Assembly (NCBI GenBank): GCA_050011875.1
Contig: JBEKIG010000002.1
Coordinates: 32,001 to 96,000 of the forward strand
DNA length: 64,000 nucleotides
Origin: Nitrososphaeria archaeon
GTDB lineage: Archaea > Thermoproteota > Nitrososphaeria > JACIWG01
Direction: 5' to 3'
The notes under the pieces are model-generated. The model did not search any database, had not been told where the DNA came from, and saw only the letters and a program-made list of their open reading frames with translations. Every line of letters begins with the position of its first letter. Position 1 is the stretch's first letter. Shown piece after piece: positions 39,092 to 47,633 of the stretch. Position numbers and translations under genes: made by a program.

Positions 39092-39125
39092 TTGTATATC
39101 GAGCTTGATATCAAGCTTGAATAAT
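39092..39125. repeat. Nested palindrome copy C
   Basis: TTGTATATCGAGCTTGATATCAAGCTTGAATAAT. Confidence 0.75.
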
Positions 39126-39267
39126 ATAAATAGGAGGAAATAAAGGTGAACAGTTTAACCAATTCTATGTTTTTATGCTGATTCCTATAATAATTCCTAA
39201 ATTTTTCATCGCCTTTTAAAAAAAGCTTATATGAGGCAAAAAGTTAGCGGTTAAACGTGATATATAC

Positions 39268-40149
39268 ATGTTAGAAAGCACAAAAGAAATGTTAGAGAAG
39301 GCGAAAGAGGAGAAATATGGTATCGGACTATTTGTTATTTTCAATCTGTCTTTTATTAAACCAGTAATTGAAGCCGCCGAAGAAGCACATTCTCCAGTAA
39401 TGATTGGAGCAACATATGGGCTCGCAGAGGCAAGTGGAGGCGAGAGCTTCCTAGCGCATATGAGGGTCGCCGCTGAAGAGGCTAAGATTCCTGTAACAGT
39501 TCACCTGGACCATGGAAAAACCTTCGAGCAGGTGATGGCATGTTTAAAGTACGGATGGACTTCTATGATGTTTGATGCCGCGAATAAGCCTCTCAAAGAA
39601 AATATCCAATTAACACGTGAAGTGGCAAGAGCATGTCATGCTGCGGGAGTACCGATCGAAGCCGAACTTGGTGAAATGCCTGTAGTGAAAGATCAAAACA
39701 AAGCGGAATTTCCAAAGGAAATGATGACGAAACCGGAAGAAGCAGAGATTTTTGTCAAAGAAACAGGAATCGACATATTAGCTATTTCTATAGGACAGAT
39801 TCACCATTTCCCTCAGATAGAGAACGGTATGCACCCAGTGAAAAGAGTCGCAAAATTAGATTTTGAGAGACTTAAAAAAATTAGAGATGTTACAGGAAAC
39901 ACCTATTTGTGTATGCACGCAGGTTCACATGTGCCTTTCGAAGCTTTGGAGAAAGCTATTTCCATGGGGATTGTTAAATTAAACATTGGCACAGCTTTGT
40001 CATCGGTTTGGACAGACACCTTAAGAAAAACAATAATAGAAAACCCAAATGAAGTGATGGCGCAGAAAATAGTGGATCCTGCTGAAAAAGCGGTAAAAAA
40101 AGAAGTTTCAGAGTATCTAAAAGTTCTGGGATCAGCGGGTAAAGTATAA
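39268..40149 (+). CDS. Class II fructose/tagatose-bisphosphate aldolase family
   Basis: VHLDHG, SMMFD, EAELG, GQIH, MHAGS, KLNIGT. Confidence 0.88.
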   Translation: MLESTKEMLEKAKEEKYGIGLFVIFNLSFIKPVIEAAEEAHSPVMIGATYGLAEASGGESFLAHMRVAAEEAKIPVTVHLDHGKTFEQVMACLKYGWTSMMFDAANKPLKENIQLTREVARACHAAGVPIEAELGEMPVVKDQNKAEFPKEMMTKPEEAEIFVKETGIDILAISIGQIHHFPQIENGMHPVKRVAKLDFERLKKIRDVTGNTYLCMHAGSHVPFEALEKAISMGIVKLNIGTALSSVWTDTLRKTIIENPNEVMAQKIVDPAEKAVKKEVSEYLKVLGSAGKV

Positions 40150-40185
40150 GAAGTGCGCCTAGCACTCATTTATTAAATAAAATTT

Positions 40186-40225
40186 GAAGGAGAATCTTTC
40201 TCCTTCTAGGCCTCCTACTTTTTTT
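40186..40225 (+). terminator. Hairpin plus T-tract after aldolase gene
   Basis: GAAGGAGA/TCTCCTTC stem then T7. Confidence 0.45.
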
Positions 40226-40393
40226 GTTTCTTATACATATTTATCTGAATTTATTAAGAGTTTATGAAAGAACTTGTCAGATGATACTTTTCAATCAAAA
40301 ACAGCTTTTTTGCTCAGGAAATCGTTTGATGTACTTTAGAACACCAAAGCTTAATAGTTAAGAAAATAACAGTTAACAATATGTTTAATTTAT

Positions 40394-40627
40394 TTATCCT
40401 TCCATGACGATCATGGTCAACGTTGAAATGACATTATCAAGTCGTCTAGTCCTCCAAGTTATTATCTCCTTCAACTTGTCCATTGTTTCTGCTTCGACTT
40501 TTGCTATTACGTCGTATGTGCCGTACACAACATAAGCTTCTTTTACTTCCTTTATGCTTTTTAGTTCTTTCAATATTTCTTTTTCTGTTCCTGCTTCTGA
40601 ATTGATCAACACAAATGCTATTTGCAT
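40394..40627 (-). CDS. Stand-alone Lrp/AsnC ligand-binding domain protein
   Basis: AFVLIN, VYGTYDVIAKV, TLTMIV. Confidence 0.9.
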   Translation of the reverse strand: MQIAFVLINSEAGTEKEILKELKSIKEVKEAYVVYGTYDVIAKVEAETMDKLKEIITWRTRRLDNVISTLTMIVMEG

Positions 40628-40834
40628 CTTAATCCTTAGCTTATTAATACAAAAGAATATTAAACTTTTCTTTTTCAGGCTCTGTCAAGTCTCCGTTTGG
40701 TTTTATAGGCTGTAAAAAATCGTTTGGTAGATTCTAATATTCTTGGTGTTAATTAGACTAACATGGCTTTAGTTAGATAGCTTTAAATAATGACTTTTGG
40801 TAACAAAGTTACCATAAAAAGCTTTTTATGCCAT

Positions 40835-40914
40835 CCTTTAAAAAAGGGTGCAGGCGGTGGGGTAAGAGGTGCTTACCCCATCACCTTCTTTCTGCCATTT
40901 GGACAGTATTCAGC
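40835..40914 (-). terminator. Conserved hairpin plus T-tract (terminator or structured RNA motif)
   Basis: About 15-bp stem at 40852-40886 containing GGGGTAAG/CTTACCCC, followed on the minus strand by T6. Confidence 0.6.
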
Positions 40915-41047
40915 TATACCTTCCACGTCCCCATTTTAGTAGAAATGGCACGACAGATGCTAATATTGCAACTAACGAGTAGTCAATTGCAAATGTCACC
41001 ACCATTCCTATCATGAGGGACAGTGTGAAGGCTACTTTGAGGTGCAA
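40910..41047 (-). CDS. Hydrophobic micro-protein (45 aa), missed by ORF track
   Basis: TTG start, MHLKVAFTLSLMIGMVVTFAIDYSLVAILASVVPFLLKWGRGRYS; TTTATAA upstream; resembles 4839-5051. Confidence 0.55.
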   Translation of the reverse strand: MHLKVAFTLSLMIGMVVTFAIDYSLVAILASVVPFLLKWGRGRYS

Positions 41048-41116
41048 AGTAAACCGTCGCTTTGAATTAATATACACTCAGTTATAAAGTGTTATCTTAG
41101 TATGTTGAAAGAATGG

Positions 41117-42229
41117 TCAAATATCTTTGCTTGCGTTTTGAATTAGTGTTATCCACTTGTTATCTCCTTTTACTTCAATTCCACATCGATCTGCGGGTGT
41201 CTTCCCTTCTAATGCTTCATGTGGTCTTATGTAGTTATGATATATCTGATAGCCTTTAAGAATAGGTGTATCTGTTTTCTTTAATCCTCTCATAACCTTC
41301 TCTCTATCTCTTATCTCTCCGTTCATCCTCTCCATCTTATTGTTGTGAACTTCCCCACTTAACCGAATTTCTCTTATGTGCTTTGTTCTTGGGTTATGTT
41401 TAGTGTAGAACTCTTTCGTGCATGCGTCTTGGTATGCTCGCAGTCCATCTGTTATTATGGTAAGAGGTTTTTTTCCAGATATTTCTTTTCCCATTTTGAA
41501 AAGGTTTCTTGCGTCATGAGTATATTTTGTGTCCGCTACCTCTTGAGCAATCCAATATCTCGTTTCATCATCCATAAGAGCGAAGAGGTATTTCATATTC
41601 CCTTTAACCTTAACCCATAATTCGTCAGCTCTCCACGTATCGCTAACATTTGGTTTCAGTTTCTCTACATAGTTTTCCATGAGTGAGATGTATTTCTTTA
41701 TCCAATTATAGACGGTCTGATGTGAGACCTCGACACCTAAGAGTCTTAAAGATTCCATCGTGTTTCTCAAAGATTCTCCGTTAAAGTATAGTTGCATAGC
41801 TGAGGTTATTGCTTGAGGGTTATGTTTCATCTTCTCAAAACCTATGTTAATAGTAAAATATTTACCACATTCTTTACAGTAGAACTTTTGAATATCGCCA
41901 AACTTATTGTGTCTTATACCCCACTTCATCAAGTTCTGAGAGCCACAGAATATGCAACTTGAAATATTTGTGATAGGCTCAATTTTCCTAACCTCAACTT
42001 CCTTTCTTATTGAAAGGGAAAATTCAACCGCAAAAATATGCTTACATTTCACACCTCTAAAAGTATAGTCTGGGCAAGAACATTTCCAGCCTAACTCTGT
42101 GCTGAAAACATCATAAACACCATTACCACTTTGAGAATTAACTTTGTAAGAGTGTTCATCTATTCTCTTTACCTCTGTCCTCTTTTCACATATCATTTTC
42201 CCAAGTTGTTCACGAAGGTTCGTTTCCAT
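41117..42229 (-). CDS. IS6-family-like DDE transposase with SWIM and zinc-ribbon domains
   Basis: CSCPD...CKH (SWIM), CIFC...CKEC, HTH, WRADEL / ITDGL / NKMER, RPHEALEGKTPA. Confidence 0.92.
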   Translation of the reverse strand: METNLREQLGKMICEKRTEVKRIDEHSYKVNSQSGNGVYDVFSTELGWKCSCPDYTFRGVKCKHIFAVEFSLSIRKEVEVRKIEPITNISSCIFCGSQNLMKWGIRHNKFGDIQKFYCKECGKYFTINIGFEKMKHNPQAITSAMQLYFNGESLRNTMESLRLLGVEVSHQTVYNWIKKYISLMENYVEKLKPNVSDTWRADELWVKVKGNMKYLFALMDDETRYWIAQEVADTKYTHDARNLFKMGKEISGKKPLTIITDGLRAYQDACTKEFYTKHNPRTKHIREIRLSGEVHNNKMERMNGEIRDREKVMRGLKKTDTPILKGYQIYHNYIRPHEALEGKTPADRCGIEVKGDNKWITLIQNASKDI

Positions 42230-42241
42230 TTATGCATCGCT

Positions 42242-42263
42242 ATATACCTATACACAGGTATAT
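42242..42263. promoter_or_regulatory. Candidate operator in divergent tnp/AbrB promoter
   Basis: ATATACCT-N6-AGGTATAT inverted repeat next to TTATATAA. Confidence 0.45.
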
Positions 42264-42324
42264 TATATAAACTTATGCCTATTAGAGTGAACATTTATAT
42301 ACCTAAGACAAGCATAGGATTACC

Positions 42325-42504
42325 ATGAGCCTATTAAGCACAGCGACTTTTGCAAGTCCAAAGACGAAATCGCTTCGAGCCACTATTCCAGAGGGTATAG
42401 TGGCATACTTAGACCTCAAAGCGGGAGATAAGTTAGAGTGGAGAATGGAAATAGAGGATGGGAAAAAAGTTGTAAAGTTGCGGAAGGAAAAGAGAAGCGA
42501 ATGA
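42325..42504 (+). CDS. AbrB/MazE/SpoVT-family DNA-binding protein (59 aa), missed by ORF track
   Basis: SLRATIPEGIVAYLDLKAGDKLEW. Confidence 0.8.
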   Translation: MSLLSTATFASPKTKSLRATIPEGIVAYLDLKAGDKLEWRMEIEDGKKVVKLRKEKRSE

Positions 42505-42505
42505 A

Positions 42506-42985
42506 ATGGCTTATTGGAAACCAGAACTTTCAGAAGTGGACAAAAATGTGATAAGACAAGCTGACAAAATACTTTCATCCCTTGAAGGTGAATATATACT
42601 GGATTTGGAAATGGCTGAAAAAAAGGAGAAACATGGTGGTCATTTCGAAGTTACTTGGTTTAAACAAAGTTGGTTCAAACCAAAGGCGGATTATGCAACT
42701 TTATGGTCACAAACAAAAAGCGTATACCAAGAATTTAGACCTCTTAATAATTTTAAAACTGTCATATGGGCAGATAGGTTAATCAAGATATTCAACTTGT
42801 TTGAAGCAAGTGGAATATTCAAGAAAAGCGATACATTTGTCAAGTTAAAAAAATCAGAGGAGGAAATTAAAACTTTGAAGGATAAAATTGAGAAGTTAGA
42901 AAATCAAATGGCGTCTATGTTCACTGAATGCCCAAAATGTGGATATACAAAACCAGATAATGTCCTTCACAGTAGCGTAGAGTGA
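42506..42985 (+). CDS. Hypothetical protein with coiled coil and CPKC knuckle, transposon cargo
   Basis: 159-aa ORF 1 bp after AbrB gene. Confidence 0.65.
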   Translation: MAYWKPELSEVDKNVIRQADKILSSLEGEYILDLEMAEKKEKHGGHFEVTWFKQSWFKPKADYATLWSQTKSVYQEFRPLNNFKTVIWADRLIKIFNLFEASGIFKKSDTFVKLKKSEEEIKTLKDKIEKLENQMASMFTECPKCGYTKPDNVLHSSVE

Positions 42986-43299
42986 TTCTAATGCCTAATC
43001 TTGTGAAATGCTCAAGATGCGATAAAGTCTTTATCTGGGAGGAATTTGAGAAACATAGCTGCACCCCTTGGGTTAAAGGGTTTAAGGAAATTAGAACCCC
43101 TTTTTGGTACGAACATGAAACACAAGACGGGCGTAAAACCATCAACTTTGATGGACTCGATGACGGAATATCCTATAAGATAATCTTAGAAAAAGAACGG
43201 GAAGCAATCGAATACTTACCAACCATCACCAAACGAAAATTTACAGATGAAAAACCAAACAAAGACTTGACAAAGCCCTTTTTCAACTTAAAAATATAA
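42982..43299 (+). CDS. Small zinc-finger-like protein running through the right TIR
   Basis: CSRC...HSC; GTGA overlap with upstream gene; stop lies outside the element. Confidence 0.6.
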   Translation: MILMPNLVKCSRCDKVFIWEEFEKHSCTPWVKGFKEIRTPFWYEHETQDGRKTINFDGLDDGISYKIILEKEREAIEYLPTITKRKFTDEKPNKDLTKPFFNLKI

Positions 43300-43467
43300 G
43301 ATATAGTATTAAACTGAACAATAGGCTTAGTTTTACTTTCGCATACAATTTTTTCATATTTTTTAACTTTTGGAGAGAACACAAATTGAAAAATCTTCGT
43401 CAACAGGTCACAGATCGGTTCCATGAAGCACTCTAACGCCTATTAAAATACCTTATGCAACAAATTT

Positions 43468-44181
43468 CTAGGATGTACCCTGTTTTTGTTTATCCATATA
43501 GTTCTTGATGTCTTGCCGAATCTGTTCTATTGTTTTACCCTCTATAGGTAAACCTAAGCCTTTTGCAGCCGCAAGTGTTGCTTTCATCTGGGCAGACTTC
43601 TGCTCTTCATGAATCCTCCTAGGCCGCAAAACATCAGTCTGAATCCTGAACAGGACTATAATGAAGCCGACTATGATTAGAAGAGGACCTAGAATCAAGG
43701 CATATGTTGAAGGGCCATGTTCTTCTTCAACTAGGTCAAGAGACAATAACATTATTGTGGCCTGACCTGTTCCAGATTTTCTAAATACGAAATGATAAGT
43801 ATCGTTTTTATCAAACGTGTAAGAGAAAGTGCCATTTGAAGACATTTCCTTCGTATAAAAAAGAGCCACACCACTGCCATTTAGAGACCAACTCTTAAAC
43901 TCATTACTATTGAAGCCTAGCACGATGATGGTGCTTCCAGTTACAACAGTAAAGTTTCCGACAACACTAAATCCTTTCTGGATATTAAATGTAAGATTAA
44001 GGCTGGAAGGGGGGTCGGGAATTGTATACAGTTTTCCGGGAGGTACTAACGCAGTAGAATTGTATGTAGTTTGAGAGAGACCTACTACGTCAGCAAATTG
44101 ATTGAAATATTGCGAGGGCATTAAAACAAGAATGCCTCCGATAAGTAGTAATATTAAACCAAATATAAGGAACCTTCTCAT
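43468..44181 (-). CDS. Membrane-anchored hypothetical protein
   Basis: N-terminal and internal TM segments flanking a beta-rich domain. Confidence 0.7.
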   Translation of the reverse strand: MRRFLIFGLILLLIGGILVLMPSQYFNQFADVVGLSQTTYNSTALVPPGKLYTIPDPPSSLNLTFNIQKGFSVVGNFTVVTGSTIIVLGFNSNEFKSWSLNGSGVALFYTKEMSSNGTFSYTFDKNDTYHFVFRKSGTGQATIMLLSLDLVEEEHGPSTYALILGPLLIIVGFIIVLFRIQTDVLRPRRIHEEQKSAQMKATLAAAKGLGLPIEGKTIEQIRQDIKNYMDKQKQGTS

Positions 44182-44257
44182 ACTTTTGCGATAACCGAGG
44201 ACAGTTATTAAGTATTATGGTGAAAAAGTAATCTTAGGCCGTATTTTTTTAATTCAC

Positions 44258-45115
44258 TTATTTTGAAGTATCTTGCTGATCGTTGGTAGTCTTCTTACCA
44301 TCTACGTTGAAGCTTTCAATATCCTTCCAAGCATCTTCGGAAATCAGTTTGTTCAGACGTTCCTCTTCAACAGGTGCACCAAATTCTTTCTCTAACCGCG
44401 CCTTTAAATCGGGTGACTGTGCCATTTGAACAAGGAATATGTACATCTCCATGTTATATGCGAATACACTTTCGAAATAGAGTCCAAGAACGGCTTTAGC
44501 CAGTTCTTTATCCTCAAAATTATTTGACGCCTTTTCAATCACTTTTTCGACATTCTTTTTCTGCTCACCGATGAACTCTTCGAACATTTCTTCGATTTCG
44601 ACACTAAATTTGTTTTTTTCTCTAATAAAAGAGATAAGGTTCTTTATTTCTTCCTGGTATTGATCAAGATAAAAAAGAATCAAGTAATCTGAATATTCAG
44701 GGTTTTCAATAATATAGTTTAATGTGAATAAAAAATCGTGCCTGAGAGAGTTAAATTTATTATCAAGAATTTCCTTTGAGGTGCTTTTCTCAATCAATCT
44801 AAATAAACTAGCAGATTGATTTTTCTTTTCCAAAAATTTCTGGAAGACAGAAAAAAGGTAGCCGTGAGGAAAATTAGTTATATCTGTGTTAGGATTCAAT
44901 TCGTAATATGTCGAAGGTGGACGCGTTCCAGGGTCAACCTTTCTCTTAACTATACCTTTATCCGTAAGATCTCGGAGCCTATCACTAAGTGTTCTAGAGC
45001 TGATATCCGCCAACTTCTTCAATTCCTGCCACCGTAAACTGCCCCTCCCCAGAAGTAGATTCAGAATTTTAGTTGTCGTTATAACCTTCTGAACATCTTG
45101 CATCTTTTCGTTCAT
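44258..45115 (-). CDS. HxlR-like winged-helix regulator with C-terminal extension
   Basis: LRWQELKK..ISSRTLSDRLRDL..GIVKR..PPSTYYEL. Confidence 0.8.
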   Translation of the reverse strand: MNEKMQDVQKVITTTKILNLLLGRGSLRWQELKKLADISSRTLSDRLRDLTDKGIVKRKVDPGTRPPSTYYELNPNTDITNFPHGYLFSVFQKFLEKKNQSASLFRLIEKSTSKEILDNKFNSLRHDFLFTLNYIIENPEYSDYLILFYLDQYQEEIKNLISFIREKNKFSVEIEEMFEEFIGEQKKNVEKVIEKASNNFEDKELAKAVLGLYFESVFAYNMEMYIFLVQMAQSPDLKARLEKEFGAPVEEERLNKLISEDAWKDIESFNVDGKKTTNDQQDTSK

Positions 45116-45309
45116 GTCACTCCAACATTAAGTTTAGGGGACATTGATAATAAACTTTCTGTTTATCGATTGTTATTGCAATACTGTCACTTTAAAAAAT
45201 ACAGCTAAAAAAATGGCACATTACATTAAAAATAGCAGAGATATAAAAGTTAATATTATATTTGTCAATAAAATTTGTAAGTCATAAAGAAAAAAAGATG
45301 ATTTTATCA

Positions 45310-46653
45310 TCATGATGCTAGAACGACGAAAGATAATGAGTACGTATTTGTGCCATCGCTTAGTTCCAAGCCTAAAGTATATGTAACGTTAGGAACAAAT
45401 GCCCCGTTTGCACATGTGAACCAAAGTGTCTTAGTTTCTCCAGGGTTGATAATGGTGCTTTGTGCAGGTGGATTTGATCCCCCTGGTGAAGGTGCAATCG
45501 AAGTTATCTTTTCCTGGGTTATCTTTGAGAAACCATTGTTCTTTATGTTCAGGATCAAGTTGTTTCCAGTAGTGTATCCACCGTCGATTTCTGCTCTGAA
45601 CTGACTGCCACTTCCAGTCACTTTACACGAAAGGTCATATGCCTGTTGAGTTTGAGCCCAACCTACAGATAATTTAATATTGTAAGTTTCGTAAGGGTCA
45701 AATGTAATTGATTTACCGTATATATCCTTAAGATCGTAGGAGAATTTGACTGCCGCACCTGGATTGATACCACCAAGTAGTTGTATCTGTCCACTTGGTA
45801 AATTTGTACCCTTTGGTCTCGGTTCAATATCCACTAACTCAATCCAATTTATTGGTAGAGAACCCGTGTTTCTTACATCAGTGTAAAGTCTGTCACCGAT
45901 AACATACGCATTCTCCACTCGACATTTAAGTAGAATCGAAATAATGCCCTCATGTTCCTTCCTTATTTCACTATAGTCTTTAGAAAGTTTCAAGTAATTC
46001 TCCTTTATTGAATCAATATTGGTTGTCAGTTTGTTGTATTTTTCCCGAGATGCTTTTACCTCAGAGTTTATTCCTGTAAAATATGTTGTAAGCTGACTAC
46101 TCTTCAAGACACGGTCTTCAAGAAAATAAGCTATAAAGAAAATTATTCCTACGAGAATTACGACAAAAACTCCATAGCCTATCATGACAATAGCAAATAC
46201 GCCTTTTTCGATAAGAGGTTGTAGCGAACCACTTTGACTTCCGGCTTCAGAGACAAGTTCCGATCTTACCGAATCAACGCCGAGTATCCACAGAAGACCT
46301 GTCATAATGCTGAAGACGCCTGCGAATAATGATATTTTTCTGTAAGCTATAGATAGAGTACCCAATATTATTGAAGCAAAGTAAAGAAGAGTTGCGGCTA
46401 TCATCGTTCTCATCATCAATAAAATCTGAATCAAAGTATTGAGGAAGATGCCCATGTTAGTCGTTGGAAATGAGTAAGAGGTGTTAATGATTATTTTGAA
46501 TATATCAGCCAGCATCAGGTTATATTGATCATTAGTTGTAGTACTGGGCAAGCTCGTACTCGTGCTAAACAAGCTAATGCTGAGCCAAGGCATGGGGGAA
46601 GCAAGGATCAGAACTAATAACCCTAATCCAGCTACAATACTAAAAGTTTTCAT
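45310..46653 (-). CDS. Membrane protein with coiled coil and two Ig-like surface domains
   Basis: Four TM segments, heptad region, VRNTG..INPG and IKNNG..INPG repeats. Confidence 0.65.
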   Translation of the reverse strand: MKTFSIVAGLGLLVLILASPMPWLSISLFSTSTSLPSTTTNDQYNLMLADIFKIIINTSYSFPTTNMGIFLNTLIQILLMMRTMIAATLLYFASIILGTLSIAYRKISLFAGVFSIMTGLLWILGVDSVRSELVSEAGSQSGSLQPLIEKGVFAIVMIGYGVFVVILVGIIFFIAYFLEDRVLKSSQLTTYFTGINSEVKASREKYNKLTTNIDSIKENYLKLSKDYSEIRKEHEGIISILLKCRVENAYVIGDRLYTDVRNTGSLPINWIELVDIEPRPKGTNLPSGQIQLLGGINPGAAVKFSYDLKDIYGKSITFDPYETYNIKLSVGWAQTQQAYDLSCKVTGSGSQFRAEIDGGYTTGNNLILNIKNNGFSKITQEKITSIAPSPGGSNPPAQSTIINPGETKTLWFTCANGAFVPNVTYTLGLELSDGTNTYSLSFVVLAS

Positions 46654-46852
46654 TGTTACTATTTTTTAAGATTCCATTATTTAACGATTACGGAGCAAAT
46701 ATTTTTTATAAAGATTGACAGATAAATACTTCGAAGATTTAATTTTATGGTAAACAGAGTTTACCATACATTAAAGACTCAAATTTGAAAAGTGTTGGGT
46801 AAATAAAGTGTGCTATATTCTTTTTATTATTGTTTATAGTAACATAGGCCTA

Positions 46853-47545
46853 TTATTTTATTTTTAAGACATTAAGTCCTTCAATGATTCTTTGTACCGT
46901 TTCCTCAGGAGGACTGTTCATCCAAACATCAACAAAGGGGATCTTACCTTCCTTCTTATCCATATAGTATTCAATAATAGGTTTACTCTGTTTTTCATAG
47001 ACCTTTAATCGTTCTTTGATCACCTTTGGATTATCATCGTTTCTCTGAATAAGAGGTGAACCGCATTTGTCACATATCATATCTTTGTGAGGCAGCAGGG
47101 GTGGTAAAACATAATTTACGCCGTTAATAGTTTTTTTAATGTCTGCGATATTATAATTGCCATCACATTTTGGATTAGAGCATATTCTTCTCGCCGAAAT
47201 CTTCTCGACGAGGATTTCGCTTGGGGCGTTAATCCTTATTATAGCATCAATCTTTGCAATTTTGTCTAGCGCTACAGCTTGTCTTAAAGTTCTAGGAAAA
47301 CCATCTAAAATAAAATTGTCCAAGTTACGAAGTTTCTTTTGAATTACTTCTATCACTATTTCGTCTGGAACAAGCTTTCCCTCCCTTAGGAGATCCTCAA
47401 TTTTCTTACCCAATGCTGAACCCTTCCTTATTTCTTCCCTAAAGATGTCGCCAGTGGAAATCTTTTCTAAACTAAATTTCTCCTTAAGTCTAATGGAGTA
47501 CGTGCCTTTACCTGAACCAGGTGGTCCTAAAATTATCAACTTCAT
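46853..47545 (-). CDS. adk: Adenylate kinase (bacterial type, zinc lid)
   Basis: GPPGSGKGT, STGDIFR, LDGFPR, CDKCG..QRNDD. Confidence 0.92.
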   Translation of the reverse strand: MKLIILGPPGSGKGTYSIRLKEKFSLEKISTGDIFREEIRKGSALGKKIEDLLREGKLVPDEIVIEVIQKKLRNLDNFILDGFPRTLRQAVALDKIAKIDAIIRINAPSEILVEKISARRICSNPKCDGNYNIADIKKTINGVNYVLPPLLPHKDMICDKCGSPLIQRNDDNPKVIKERLKVYEKQSKPIIEYYMDKKEGKIPFVDVWMNSPPEETVQRIIEGLNVLKIK

Positions 47546-47633
47546 ATTATTCGCTCACATACTCTTACATTAAATATTTTAAACTTTTTCTACAGCAAAA
47601 ATGGCTTTAAAAATATTTAACTAAGGATATGGC

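Larger units (their letters stand above)
40678..43277. mobile_element. IS6-like cargo transposon, element 2 (2600 bp)
   Basis: 27-bp TIRs with 3 mismatches (GGCTCTGTCAAGTCTCCGTTTGGTTTT at 40678-40704; AAAACCAAACAAAGACTTGACAAAGCC at 43251-43277); TSD CTTTTTCA at 40670-40677 and 43278-43285; DDE transposase. Confidence 0.92.

Noticed and set aside
27841-39125. Nested palindromes as CRISPR repeats
   Set aside because: Kilobases apart, no spacer periodicity, no cas genes.
40828-41016. 62-aa plus-strand ORF in element 2
   Set aside because: Antisense to the better-supported hydrophobic micro-ORF and runs through the hairpin.
4712-43277. The two elements as ends of one composite transposon
   Set aside because: Each has its own TIR pair and TSD, and the DNA between is housekeeping.
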